A stretch of DNA of 64,000 nucleotides, taken from Centroscyllium fabricii. Lineage: Eukaryota. A program made the translations under genes and the position numbers. The stretch covers positions 354,392,001-354,456,000 of the forward strand of contig JBNRSN020000002.1 of NCBI GenBank assembly GCA_051313645.2, in the 5' to 3' direction. How positions within the stretch are numbered: position 1 is the stretch's first letter; every line of letters starts with the position of its first letter. The notes under the pieces were generated by a model that worked only from the letters and a program-made list of their open reading frames with translations, had not been told where the DNA came from and did no database searches. Positions 1-11,739 of the stretch are shown here, one piece after another.

Positions 1-903
1 AGACGTCGCAGCGGACCGCCGTGGCTGTGGGCCCGTGTGCTACGGTGGCCAAGAGCAGGCCGGGGAGGTTGGTAGCGGGGTCGAGCAGATCGGGGTCGGT
101 TAGTTGGTCGGCCGCCATTTTGGTGTAGTCGACGGCCGTTTGAACGGAGTTGATGGTGGGGCGTGAGAGGCAGTCAGCGACCACGTTGTCGATGGTGGGG
201 CGTGAGAGGCAGTCAGCGACCACGTTGTCGCGGCCGGCGATGTGCTGGATGTCGGTAGTGAATTCCGACACAGCCGCGAGCTGGCGCTGTTGCCTGGCCG
301 ACCAGGGTTCAGAGATCTTAGCCATTGCAGACACAAGTGGCTTGTGATCTACGAAGGCTGTAAAGTGGCGGCTCTCTAGGAGGAAGCGGAAGTGGCGCAC
401 CGCGAGGTAGAGAGCGAGTAGCTCCCTATCGAAGGCGCTGTACTTGACCTCCGGGGGCCGGAGTTGTCGGCTGAAAAAGGCCAGGGGTTGCCAGGAGTCG
501 CCTGTCCACTGCTCAAAGACTGCTCCGACGGCGCGGTCGGAGGCGTCGGTGGTGAGGGCCACTCTGACGTTGGGCCTAGGGTGGCTGAGGAGCGTGGCGT
601 TGGCCAGGGCAGTTTTGGTTGCGGTGAAGGCGGTGGAGGCTTCGGCCGTCCACTCGACCGCAGCCTTGTTGGACTGCCCGCGGGTGGCGTGGTAGAGGGG
701 GGCCATGAGAGCGGCTGCTCCTGGGATGAAGCGGTTGTAGAAATTAACCATCCCGAGGAATTCCTGCAGCCCCTTGATGGAGTGCGGGCGGGGAAATTCC
801 TGGACCGCCTGCACCTTGGAGGGCAGGGGTATGGCCCCGGTCTGGGAGATGTGGTGGCCGAGGAAGTCGATCGTCTCGAGGCCGAATCGACACTTGGAGG
901 GGC

Positions 904-2283
904 TCAATATAAGGCCGTGCTCGGCCAGTCGGTTGAAGAGGGCCCTGAGATGGAGGAGGTGTTCCTGGGGGTAGGTGCTGGCCACGAGGATGTCGTCGAG
1001 ATAGACGAACGTGAACTGCAAGTCCCGTAGGACCGAGTCCATGAGGCGCTGGAAGGCCTGGGCATTCCGAAGGGCATTCGGAGAAATTCGAACAGGCCGA
1101 ATGGGGTGATGACGGCTGTCTTAGGGACATCTGCCGGGTGCACTGGTACCTGGTGGTAGCCCCGAACCAGGTCGATCTTGGAGAAGACCGTGCAGCCGGC
1201 TAACCTGGCTGAGAAATCTTGGATGTGGGGGACGGGGTACCTGTCTGGGGTGGTGGCGTTGTTGAGGCGGCGGTAGTCTCCGCAGGGGTGCCAGCCACCG
1301 CCGGGTTTGGGGGCAATGTGGAGGGGGGAGGCCCAGGGGCTGCTGGAGCGGCGGATTATGCCGAGTTGTTCCATGATGTGGAACTCGGCGCGCGCGATCT
1401 CCAGCTTGGCCGGGTCCAGCCTACGTGCGTGGGCATGGACTGGGGGGCCTGTGGTGGTGATGTGGTGCTCCACCCCGTGCTTGGCCTTGCGGGCTGTGAA
1501 GGTGGGGTTGGTTAGGGCTGGGAACTCCGCGAGCAGCATGGCGTACGTGTCGGAGTTCCGGGCTCGGCAGTGGGACGCTGCGTGGGTCTGGTGTGCCGGC
1601 CTTGTGGAGCATGGGATGGTCGACATGTTGTGGATGTCGACCAGGCGGCGTCGGGTGACGTCGACCAGTAGGCCGTGGGCGCACAGAAAGTCGGCCCCGA
1701 GTAGGGGTATTTTGACTTGTGCTGTGATGAAGTCCCACTTGTACGTGTGGCCTGCCAGCTTGATGGTAAGCTGGCGGGTGCCGAACGTAACTATCTCGGA
1801 GCCGTTTGCGGCTTCGAGTGGTGGGCCTTGGGTGCCTTGCTTGCTTTCTGCGGGGGAGGCTGGCACGATGCTGTGCTGCGCGCCTGTGTCGCAGAGGAAG
1901 CGGAGGCCTGAGCCACTGTCTGTGACGAAGAGCAGTGCTCCGGAGCGGCCTACGGACATGGTGGGGCTTGAGCTGGTTTGGGGTTTGAAGGTGCAGGGCT
2001 GGACGCAGCGCTGCGCTTTGGCTTCAAACCTGGTGTGGTAGTAGCACCAGCCTGGGCCCATGGTGCGTGGTTTTTTGTGGGTCCGCGCCGCTCTGGGTTG
2101 GGACCTGGGCCTGGGGTGCGCGTAGTACTGCTCCGGTGGAGCGGCAGTGGTTTGGCGCATGGCGGCTCGTGTGCGCTCGGCCCTCAGCAGCTTGTCGGCC
2201 TCCTGAGCCAGTTGCTTGTTGGAGTAGTGCTCCAGGACCGTCAGAGCCGGTCTGACGGAGGGGGGCAGTTTAAGGAGGTACAA
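904..2283 (-). pseudogene. pol: Gypsy gag C-terminus, aspartic protease and RT N-half; frameshift near 1060
   Basis: WCYYHTRF...CVQPC knuckle, DTGA protease and RT motifs; homology is lost in this frame after RMPFG. Confidence 0.9.
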
Positions 2284-2454
2284 GGCGCACTTAATGGTGG
2301 CCGGGTCGCAGTTAAGCGCTTCAAATTGGGCCCAGAGGTCGGATGGGTCTGCGTCCCCTAAGTCGGGGAGGTTGATGAGCTGGCAGTCGCGCTCAAATAT
2401 GGTGGGGGTAAATTTTTGTAGCAGTGCGGCCTTAAGCGTTTCATACCTGCCAGC

Positions 2455-2685
2455 CTATGATTCTTGCTGGATGGAGTCCCACATTCGGTCGATTGTGGGC
2501 TGCGAAAGGGCCGCGAAGAGCAGGCTGTAACGAACGTCCCCCTGCACGCCATAGATGCGGTAGGTGTTCTCCGTGTTGAGGAACCAGGCCGCTGGACGGA
2601 GTTCCCAGAACTCAGGTAGGTTTGGGATTTGGCCGAAGTGCTGGCCCCGTCTGTGGTGGCGTGCTGTTTCGATCCCTGCTGGCAT
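2455..2685 (-). pseudogene. gag: Gypsy gag N-terminus, interrupted by TAG
   Basis: LPEFWELRPAAWF...SQPTIDRMWDSIQQES*AGRYETL aligns with the gag starting at 63748. Confidence 0.8.
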
Positions 2686-2768
2686 GGTGGTTGCGATTCA
2701 ACTGAGGCAGCTTGGCCCTCAGTCCTGCAGCGACTGCTTCATTGTTCCCTTGGAATTCGTTCCAAGTA

Positions 2769-2780
2769 TCGAGGTCACCA
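2769..2780 (-). promoter_or_regulatory. Primer-binding site, tRNA-Trp type
   Basis: TGGTGACCTCGA 1 nt after the LTR; the tRNA-Trp PBS is TGGTGACCCCGACGTGAT. Confidence 0.8.
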
Positions 2781-2781
2781 C

Positions 2782-3060
2782 TGTAGAGGCATGCAGGGCC
2801 GAAGAACCACACTGGACACAGAAGATTCGGAAAGTTATAATTTATTGTTAACACTGCTAGGGCCAGGTGAAAAAGAGACTGAACCACTTGGAGCCCGGGT
2901 ATTTAAAGGTCCCGCGGTTGGTGACGTCACTGCCGGGTCTGCACCTGGCGACGTCATCACGCCGGAAGTCGCGGTGACGTCATCACGCCACCCGGCGGGC
3001 GAGGCCGTCTCGCAGCACTCCCGAGGCGGATTCGATGTTTCTGGTGGGCGTGTCGCCACA
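2782..3060 (-). repeat. 5' LTR (279 bp, TG...CA)
   Basis: Minus strand starts TGTGGCGACACGCCC and ends GCCTCTACA, followed by a PBS; clearly similar to the LTR at 63412-63656. Confidence 0.9.
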
Positions 3061-3549
3061 ATGGCTTATTTTCTACCTCATGTTCACTTTCCTGCACTAT
3101 CGCCATATCCCTTCATTTCAAAAAATCTAGCGATCTCTATCTTAAATGTACTCAACGATTCAGTCTTCACAGCCCTCTGGGGTAGAGAATTCCAAAGATT
3201 CATCACCCTCTGAATGAAGAAATTTCTCCTCATCTCAGTTGTAAATGGCCGACCCCTTATTCTGAGACTGTGACCCCTGGTTCTAGACTCTCCAGCCATG
3301 GGAAACATCCTCCCTGCACCTACCCTGTCAAGCCCTGTAATAATTTTGTATGTTTCAATGAGATCACCTTTCATTCTTCTAAACTCTAGAGAATATAGGT
3401 GCAGTCTACTCAATCTCTCCTCATAGGACAATCCCTCCATCCCAGGAACCAGTCTGGTGAACCTTTGTTGCACTCCCTCTGTTGCATGTATATCCTTCCT
3501 TAGGCAAGGAGACCAAAACTGTACACAGTACTCCAGGTGTGGTCTCACC

Positions 3550-3732
3550 TCCTGGAGGTGAGTTCAGCCTCCTGAACTCTAAAATTAAATCCTGCACACC
3601 TGAAAATGTACTTTATTGTATGCAATTTGCATGTAATTTATTTGCACTACTCTCGGGAGCATCGAGTCTTCGTCTCATTGTATTGTACTGGTACTCTGCA
3701 ATGACAATAAAACTTGAATTGAATTGAATTGA
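3550..3732 (+). mobile_element. 3' tail of a Rex1/Babar-type LINE
   Basis: Reverse complement of 47740-47910; ends AATAAAAC(TTGAA)n. Confidence 0.8.
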
Positions 3733-3879
3733 ACCAGGGCCCAATATAATTGCAGTAAGATGTCTTTTCTCGTTTACTCAAATTCTCTTGTCATAAAGCA
3801 AACATACCATTTGCTTTCTGAATTGCTTGCTGTACCTACATGTTAACTTTCAGTGATTCGTATACAAGGACACCCAGGT

Positions 3880-5468
3880 CATAGAGTCATAGAGTTATAC
3901 AGCACGGAAAGAGGCCTTTTGGCCCATCGTGTCCGCGCCGGCCATCAAACCCTTTCTATTCTAATCCCATTTTCCAGCACTTGGTCCGTAGCCTTGTATG
4001 TTATGGCACCTCAAGTGCTCATCCAAATGCCTCTTAAATGCTGTGAGGGTTCCTGACTCCACCACCCTTCCAGGCAGCGAGTTCCAGACTCCAACCACCC
4101 TCTGGGTGAAAAGGTTCCTCCTCAAATCCCCCCTAAACCTCCCGCCCCTTCTTGAAACTATGCCCCCTGGTTATTGAATCCTCTACTAAGGGAAAAAGTT
4201 CCTTTCTATCTACCCTATCTATGCCCCTCTTAATTTTGTACACCTCAATCAGGTCCCCCCCTCAGCCTTCTCTGCTCCAAGGAAAACAACCCCAGCCTGT
4301 CCAGTCTTTCTTCATAGCTGAAGCGCTCCAGCCCAGGTAACATTCTGGTGAATCTCCTCTGTACCCTCTCCAAAGCAATCACATCCTTCCTATAGTGTGG
4401 CGACCAGAACTGCACACAGTATTCCAACTGTGGCCTTACTAGCGCTTTGTACAGCTCCATCATAACCTCTCTGCTCTTATATTCTATGCCTTGGCTAATG
4501 AAGGCAAGTATCCCATATGCCTTTTTAACCACCTTATCCACCTGTCCTGCTGTCTTCATGGATCTACATACATGCACACCAAGGTCCCTCTGATCCTCTG
4601 TCTTTCCTAGGGTCTAACCATTCATTGTGTATTCCCTTGCGTTGTTAGTCCTCCCAAAATGCATCACCTCACACTTTTCATGATTAAAATCCATCTGCCA
4701 CTGTTCTGCCCATCTGACTAACCCATCTATATCGTCCTGCAGACTGAGGCTTCCCTCCTCGCTATTTACCACTCCACCAACTTTCGTGTCGTCTGCGAAC
4801 TTACTCTTCATAAGTTTTACGATCATATCTAAATCATTAATGTACACTACAAACAGCAAGGGACCCAGCACCGTTCCTGCGGTACCCCACTGGACACAGG
4901 CATCCAGTCACAAAAACAACCTTCTACCATCACCCTCTGCCTCCAGCCAGTTTTGGATCCAATGTGCCAAGGTGCCCTGGATCCCATGGGCTCTTACCTT
5001 CTTGACCAGTCTCCTATGTGGGACTTTATCAAAAGCTTTACTGAAATCCATGTATACCACATCCATTGCACTACCCTCATCCACACACCTAGTCACCCCC
5101 TTGAAAAATTCAATCAAATAGGTCAGACATGATCTTCCCTTGACAAAGCCATGCTGACCATTCTTGATTAATCCCTGCCTCTCCAAGTGGAGACTAATTC
5201 TGTCCCTCAGAATTTTTTCCAATAATTTCCCTACCACTGATGTTAGGCTCACTGGCCTATAGTTCCCTGGTTTATCCCTGCTACCCTTTTTGAATAATGG
5301 TACTATGTTAGCTGTTCTCCAGTCCTCCGGTAAATCTCCTGTGGCCAGAGAGGTTCTGAAATTTGTGTCAGAGCCCCCGCAATCTCCTCCTTTGCCTCAC
5401 ACAGCAGCCTGAGATACATCTCATCTGGGCCTGGCGATTTATCCACTTTTAAGCCTGCTAAAACCGCT
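3880..5468 (-). mobile_element. CR1-type LINE, 5'-truncated young copy
   Basis: Motifs SLTSVVGKLLE, DFSKAFDKVPH, KFADDTK and [13 protein letters not shown]; (CTCTATGA)n-like tail; near-identical to 52320-54265. Confidence 0.9.
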
Positions 5469-5812
5469 GGTCCCTCTGAACACCAACATTTTTCAATCGC
5501 TTACCATTAAAAAAACTCTGCTTTCCTGTTTTTCCTACCAAAGAGGATAACTTCACATTTCTCCACATTATATTCCATTTGCCAGGTTCTTGCCCACTCA
5601 CTTAACCTGTCTATATCCCCTTGAAGCGCCCTTGCATCCTCCTCAGAACTTACATTCCCACCCAGCTTTGTATCATCAGCAAACTTTTAACCCCTCCTAC
5701 CTTCCAACCTATCATAGACCTTCCCTTTTGTCATTTCAGCGGCCACACTAATAATAACTAAACGCGTAAACACCACAAGATGTAGAAGTGGAAGAAAACT
5801 AGCATGCTATTT

Positions 5813-6295
5813 TTAAAAATGTAAGAAGTCACACAACACCAGGTTCTGCTCGATGATTTTGCGTTGTCGTGTGTCTCGAAGGCCGCCTTGGAGAATGCTT
5901 ACCTGAAGATCGGAGGCTGAATGTCCTTGACTGCTGAAGTGTTCCCCGACTGGGAGGGAACACTCCTGCCTGGTGATTGTTGTGCGATGTCCGTTCATCC
6001 TAACCTCAAACAGACCATCGTTTGCAGCAAATTACCCAGCTTTCAGGAGAACAGCGATCATGACACCACACAACCCTGCCACGGTAACCTCTGCAAGACA
6101 TGCCAGATCGTCAACACAGTTACCATCATCACCCATGAGGACATCACCCACCAGGTGCATGGTATGTACTCATTTGACTCGGCCAACGTTGTCTACCTCA
6201 TACATTGCAGAAAAGGATGCCCCAAAGCATGGTACATTGGCGAGACCATGCAGACACTGTGACAACGGATGAATGGACACCGCACAACAATCGCT
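5813..6295. mobile_element. Penelope-like element fragment (GIY-YIG endonuclease) with internal inversion
   Basis: + strand PCHGNLCKTC...NVVYLIHCRKGCPKAWYIGET...RMNGHRTTI; the continuation MNGHRTTITRQECSLPVGEHF...IIEQ is on the - strand at 5813-5998 and joins the terminal-repeat end. Confidence 0.85.
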
Positions 6296-7911
6296 CACTC
6301 TTCTGGGGTCTGAGACACAAGGTTTTATTTTCCGTGCTTTATTCTTGGCCCAGTTTCCTCAACAAGTTCAAGCTGCCCTCACTGGCGGATTTCATCTGAA
6401 CGACCCCTTGCTGCCACGATGACCGTCGGAAGGGAAACTCCTCTTCATCACCAATTTGCTTTCTGGGCAGTGATTCCTCTGTGACACAGGCGCGCAGTGC
6501 AGTATTATCCCAGCTTCCACCCACGATAAACTGCGGCCACATTTAATTCTTTGTTGTGCCAACGCAGCAACAGACCAGCCCTCATCATGTCCTGCGCATC
6601 GCCCGCACTGGACGACTACTCTCGTCTTCTGGCAGATTTTCCTGGACTCAAGCAGCCAACTTTTTCGGTCACGTCGACTAACCATGGCGTTGAACACCAC
6701 AGCTCCCCCGGTGTATGCTCGTGCCCGGCGCCTGGATCCAGCCAAGATGGCCATGGCCAAGGCAGAGTTTGCAAAAAAGGAGAAATTGGGCATCGTTCGC
6801 CGCTCGAATAGTCTTTTCCTCTTCACATTGTCCCTAAGCCGGGCAGTAGCTGGCGACCCTGTGGCGATTACAGGAGGCGCAACGACGCTACCACACCTGA
6901 TCGCTACCCCATACTGCATAGCCAGGACTTCTCGGCACACCTGGCGGGAAAATTCATCTTCTCAAAAGTGGATCTGGTCCGGGGTTATCATCAAGTTCCC
7001 GTTCACCAGGCTGACAGCCAGAAGACCGCGGTCATCACCCCTTTTGGCCTTTTTGAATTCCTAAGAATGCCTTTCGGGCTGAAGAAGGCTGCGCAGGCTT
7101 TCCAACGGCTTATGGATTCGGTGCTTCGGGACCTCCCTTTTCTTTTCGTCTACCTCAACGACATCCTCATGGCCAGCACTGACAAAGCGGAGCACATCTC
7201 ACACTTGTGTTCTCTATTCCAGCGCCCGAGTCAGCACGGGCTCATTGTCAACCCCGCCAAATGCCAATTCGGACTGGCTCAGATCGATTTTCTCGGCCAT
7301 CGGATATCGGCCAATGGGGCAATTTCTCTCCCGGCCAATGTACAGGCAGTATCGGATTTTCCTCAGCCCACTTCGGTCAAAGCTCTTCAAGAGTTCCTGG
7401 GTATGGTTAATTTTTATCATCGTTTTGTACCGAAGGCTGCCCTCCTCGCGCACCCTCTCTACGAAGCCACCAGGGCAAGACGGGCAAACGGCCGCTATCA
7501 TGGACAGAAGCGATGTCCTCAGCATTCGACAAAACCAAACGGACACTGGCCAATGCCACGCTTTTGGCGCACCCCATTCCAGGCGCCACGGTCGCCCTCA
7601 CAACTGACGCCTCCGACTACGCCATTGGAGCGGTGCAGCAGCAGTGGGTAAACGGGGCTTGGTAACCACTAGCGTTCTTCAGTCGCCAATTGCGCAAGAA
7701 CGAGCGGGCATATAGCACATTTGACAGAGAGCTACTCGCTTAGTTTTTGGCAGTCAGACACTTCAGAATCTTGCTAGTAGGTTGACCTTTCACAGCATTC
7801 GTCGATCACAAACCACAAACTTTCGCCATGGCAAAAACTGCGGAACCTTGGTCTGCGCACCAGTAGCACCAGCTCAATTTCATCTCCACATTTACCACCG
7901 ACATCCGCCAC

Positions 7912-8874
7912 GTGGCCGGTAAGGAAAACATGGTGGCAGATTGCCTCTCACGACCCTCTCTTCACACCGTGCACCTGGGCATGGACTGCGCCAGTATGGC
8001 AAAGGACCAGGCATCTGATGCCGAAATCCAGTCCCTAAGATCGGCGGTTACTGGCCTCAGCCTGGCTGACATTCATTTCCAGGTGGCTGGTACAACTCTT
8101 CTTTGTGACGTGTCGGTTAAAGATCCTTGGCCGGTAGTTCCATCCTCCTGGCGTAGGCGAGTTTTTGATATCATCCATGGGCTTTCTCATTCAGGTATGC
8201 GGGCATGCCAGAAGCTAATGGCAGCGAAGTTCGTGTGGCCCAGTCTGCACAAGGACGTGAGAGACTGGACCAACACATGCGTGGTTTGCCAGAGGGCGAA
8301 AGTCCATCAACACACCAAAGCACCGCTGGAATTCTTCCCTGTGCCTGAGAGAAGGTTTGACCACATTCACGTGGACCTGGTTGGCCCACTCCCGCCATCG
8401 CGAGGCTACACACACCTCCTCACTATAGTCGACCGCACCACAAGGTGGCTGGAGGTAGTCCCTCTAACCTCCACCACCACGGCCGACGTGGCCAGGGAGT
8501 TTTTATCATCGTGGGTGGCCAGATTTGGAGTTCCTGCCGACATTTCGTCAGACAGAGGTCCTCAGTTTACTTCTCAGCTGTGGAACGCCATCGCGCATGG
8601 GCTAGGAGCAAAACTCCATAGAACCACAGCCTTTCACCCACAGGTGAACGGTCTTTGTGAGCGTTTTCACAGATCGTTGAAGGCCTCCTTGCGTGTCTGC
8701 CTGTTAGATACCTGCTGGATAGACAAGTTGCCCTGGGTTCTTCTGGGACTTCGTACTGCACCCAAGGAAGACCTCAACTCTTCTTCGGCCGAAATGGTTT
8801 GTGGGCAACCGCTCAGAGTCCCGGGCGAATTCCTTCCTCTCATCACAGAGCCGTGGTCCGTTTCAATACAATGA
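7912..8874 (+). pseudogene. Gypsy integrase (Zn finger plus DDE core)
   Basis: HGLSH...CVVC, HIHVDLVGP, ISSDRGPQFTS, ERFHRSLK; flanking frames carry stops and frameshifts. Confidence 0.9.
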
Positions 8875-9429
8875 TCACTGCACCAAGAGGCGACCAGGTG
8901 CTTTCGGCCGGTGCCCACGTCCCAGCATGGCCCTCAGCTCTCCCACATTCCAAAAGATCTTCGCCAGGTGGAATTCGTTTTTGTGTGCCGGGATGCGCAC
9001 AAAGATCATCTTCAGGCCCCTTACATGGGGCCCTTCCATGTCTTAGAGGCGGGAGACAAATCATTCATTCTGCATTCGGCGGAAAGCCGGACTACGTCTC
9101 GGTGGATCGTCTGAAGCCGGCTCACCTAGACCTCAGTTCTCCAGTCCAGCCAGATCTTCCTCCACGTCGCGGCAGACCTCCTGCAACACCCCTGTCGTCA
9201 ACCAGTCTGCCCGCCTGCCAATCGTCTTCTTCTTCGTCGTCACCCACAGGCCATCCTGCTAGTCTGACGTCAGACCAGCCGCCGGACTTGCCTGTTCTTC
9301 AACTTGCCAGCCTCCCAGACACTCCTCCTCGACCACTGTTCGAATACTGCAGCCGCTACAGCCGTTTGATCAAGCCACCTGAACGATTGACTTTTTCAGT
9401 TAAACAGGATTCTGGGGGGGGGGGGCACA

Positions 9430-9672
9430 TGTGGCATTTCCACATCGGGGAATAAATAACTGTACATAATAATTGCATGTAAAATCCCCTTTAACTTACA
9501 GGTTTCCCTCCCCTTTAAGAGAGATGGAAAACAGACCAGTTGGTGATGTCATCGCGCATTCCGCAGGCTTTTGTTGTTAGAATGTTTTTGGAGTTTGAAC
9601 TAAAAAGACCAGTTTTGCAGTTACTCCTCCGAGTTGGCTGATTTATTTGTTAGGAGATCACAGTCTCCTACA
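9430..9672 (+). repeat. 3' LTR of the second Gypsy element
   Basis: Begins TGTGG just after the G-run PPT and ends CCTACA. Confidence 0.7.
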
Positions 9673-9679
9673 ATACAAT

Positions 9680-10435
9680 GGGCCAATATTTCCGATCGCG
9701 CATATTGATTTGGAGCTCGGGTGCAAGCGCATCCGAGCTCCAAATTGCATGAAGCAGCCGTTTGCAGCTGCTTCATGACATTCCGAAGGCGGCCAGCGGG
9801 AGGGGGGGAGGGGACACAGCTGCTGTGATGATTATCGCACAAACCTGCGCACCATGCTTTCCACTTTTTTAAAAGATTTTCATCGGGGTAAGTACTGAAG
9901 ATTCTATGCTTGAAAATACCAGTCGTAAGCACCCGTTTTTAGCAGGTAAGTCTTTATTTTATTGATTTTAAGTGTTGTTCTTTCAGGTTTATAATTTTTG
10001 TTAACTTTAAAGACAGGTAAGTATTCTTTTAGGCCTGTTAAAGAGTGTAAAAAATGTTTCTAAATGTTTATTTTTTCTTTAAAATAGGTAATTTATGTTA
10101 GTTGGAGTACTGTTAAAAATGTGGTGTTTTTAAAATTTTATTTTTGAGTTTAGATGTGTTTTGGAAGATCTCTTTTCAAAAGTTACACAGATTTCTCCGT
10201 GTAAGTTTTGAATGGAGGATTGCTTCCATTGATTGGCTCCCTGCCGATCACGTGATCTCGTGGGAGATTTCGAACTAATTACGCCGTTCATTTGCACAAG
10301 CAGCTCACACAGAGCTCTGACAAGCTGCACAACTCGGAAAGTCACAGTGCAAAAATTCAAAACGGAAAAAGTGCTGGGTAAGTGCAAATAAGAGCACTGC
10401 ACTCGCACGAAGGCTCCAGGGCTAATTTCTGGCCC
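9680..10435. mobile_element. Harbinger/PIF-like non-autonomous element
   Basis: Termini GGGCCAATATTT / AATTTCTGGCCC, flanked by AAT on both sides (3-bp TSD). Confidence 0.55.
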
Positions 10436-10559
10436 AATATCAAAGTACTGCGGATTTGTCAGACTGTCCTGCTCAAAACTGGACAGATGGCAATAGTTGC
10501 TGTGTGCAGATTTAACTTCACAGTATTCCAATGATTATTTGTAACTTTGAATAGTTATG

Positions 10560-10800
10560 TCTTCATATTTTAATTTGCATTACCCTTTCTTCTTTTCTTT
10601 CCCAACTACATACACAAAGTTTTTTGGGGGGGCGAAAACAATCTGCACGTCTCAGAGTTCGAAAAAAACGACCTCAGCTGCATTGGTTTGGAAGCCACAG
10701 CACGCGGCAATTGAGGTCGCTGTGACGGCAGCGCGCTCCCTGCGGCGGGAGCGCGGGCTCGCTTCATCGCGCGAGCTCCTGACGTCACACTACGCGCCCG
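10560..10800 (+). promoter_or_regulatory. Putative CpG-rich housekeeping promoter (candidate NAF1 promoter)
   Basis: Non-repetitive CpG-dense stretch at ~10700-10900; CRE TGACGTCA 10780-10787, TCGCGCGA palindrome 10767-10774, ACTACA 10605-10610, octamer ATTTGCAT 10573-10580. Confidence 0.6.
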
Positions 10801-11002
10801 GAGCCCGAGCGCCAGGTGGAGGTTGAGGGAGCGTCGCCCGGGTCAGACACAGCCGGGCCTCTGAACAGAAACCTGCCCAGCTTCTCGGCCGTGTCCTGTT
10901 CCGTTTCATTTATATACTGAACAGCAAGAATAAGACTTCCGTGTTGGTCCTAAACTGTAAGGACATTGCTGTCGCCGTCGATTTGCTAGTACACAGACCG
11001 AG
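10790..11002 (+). other. NAF1: Putative non-coding first exon of NAF1 (start approximate)
   Basis: ATG-free, CpG-rich, contains ETS-like ACTTCCGT and ends at donor GAG|GTAATG. The downstream ATG exon has its own acceptor, so an upstream exon is required. Confidence 0.5.
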
Positions 11003-11199
11003 GTAATGGCTGGCAGCACATGGTGCTGTGGTTAGGCAACAAATACTCCACCATCGGCAGCGCGGCACAGACTGTTTAATTTCCAGATATTCCCTTTGAA
11101 TGACCGGAGTACCCTTCATCTTCACCCCAGTGCTACTCAGGCTCCTCTTTTCCTCCAACCTCACTAGTGAGGCACTCTAGCTCCTAACGGCAAAGCTAC

Positions 11200-11557
11200 T
11201 GTTTAAAGCAGCAGTACCCGTACCGATATAGATGGGCCTTTTTCAGTCGTAGGTTCATTTGAGAACCAGAGGACACAGATTGGCAGAAGAACCAAGGGCG
11301 ATATGAGAGAAACTTTTTTACATAGCGAGTGGTTAGGATCGAATGCACTGCCTGAAAGGGTGGTGGAGGCAGTTTCAATAGTGGCTTTCAAAATGGAATT
11401 GGATAAGTAACTTAAGGAAGTTTTTTTTGCAGGGCTGCAGGGAAAAGCATAGGGGAGTGGGACTAGTGCAGAGAGCCGGGACTAGTGCAGAGAGCCAGCA
11501 CAGGCTCGACGGGCTGAATGGCCTACTTCTGTGCTGTAACTATTCTATGATTCTATC
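11200..11557 (+). mobile_element. CR1 3' end fragment
   Basis: GGGCTGAATGGCCT...TATTCTATGATTCTAT tail. Confidence 0.7.
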
Positions 11558-11739
11558 GTTTGTAGAGAAAAAGAATGGGAAGTGTTGCGCAACATATATT
11601 TATTGTAGTGTTGCTCACAGTAAGTTGGATGATATGCTAGTTTATAAGTGCCATGTCATAACATGTAATGCAGAATGTATTTTGTTGCTCAGTTGAAGCT
11701 GTGTCCCATTACAGCTGTAAAGCTCAATTCAGTGATCAG

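Larger units (their letters stand above)
1..3060 (-). mobile_element. Ty3/Gypsy LTR retrotransposon, 5' portion (LTR-PBS-gag-PR-RT-RNaseH), continuing off the left window edge; gag stop and RT frameshift
   Basis: Minus-strand ORFs give gag LPEFWELRPAAWF, protease FLCDTGAQHS and RT GDYRRLN...FSKIDLVRGYHQVP...KTAVITPFGLFEFLRMPFG; the RNaseH end NVVADCLSR is near 160-230. LTR and PBS lie upstream. Confidence 0.95.
3075..5690 (-). mobile_element. CR1-type LINE fragment hosting two nested insertions (3550-3732 and 3880-5468)
   Basis: ORF 3084-3548 [13 protein letters not shown]...RNFFIQRVMNLWNSLP; the host sequence resumes after each insert and matches the copy at ~60000-61340. Confidence 0.85.
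6300..9672 (+). mobile_element. Degenerate Ty3/Gypsy element (RT-RNaseH-integrase, PPT, 3' LTR); 5' end missing
   Basis: DLVRGYHQVP, YLNDIL (degenerate YLDD), FLGMVNFYHRF; integrase H-H-C-C, VDLVGP, SDRGPQF, NGLCERFHRSLK; poly-G PPT at ~9414-9425. Confidence 0.95.

Noticed and set aside
464-2361. Plus-strand ORFs over the first Gypsy element
   Set aside because: Antisense shadows of GC-rich pol.
10570-10950. snRNA/U6-type gene (octamer, ACTACA, TTTATATA, GCTTCTCGGCC resembling the U2 5' end)
   Set aside because: No PSE at the right spacing, and the U2 similarity stops after 11 nt.
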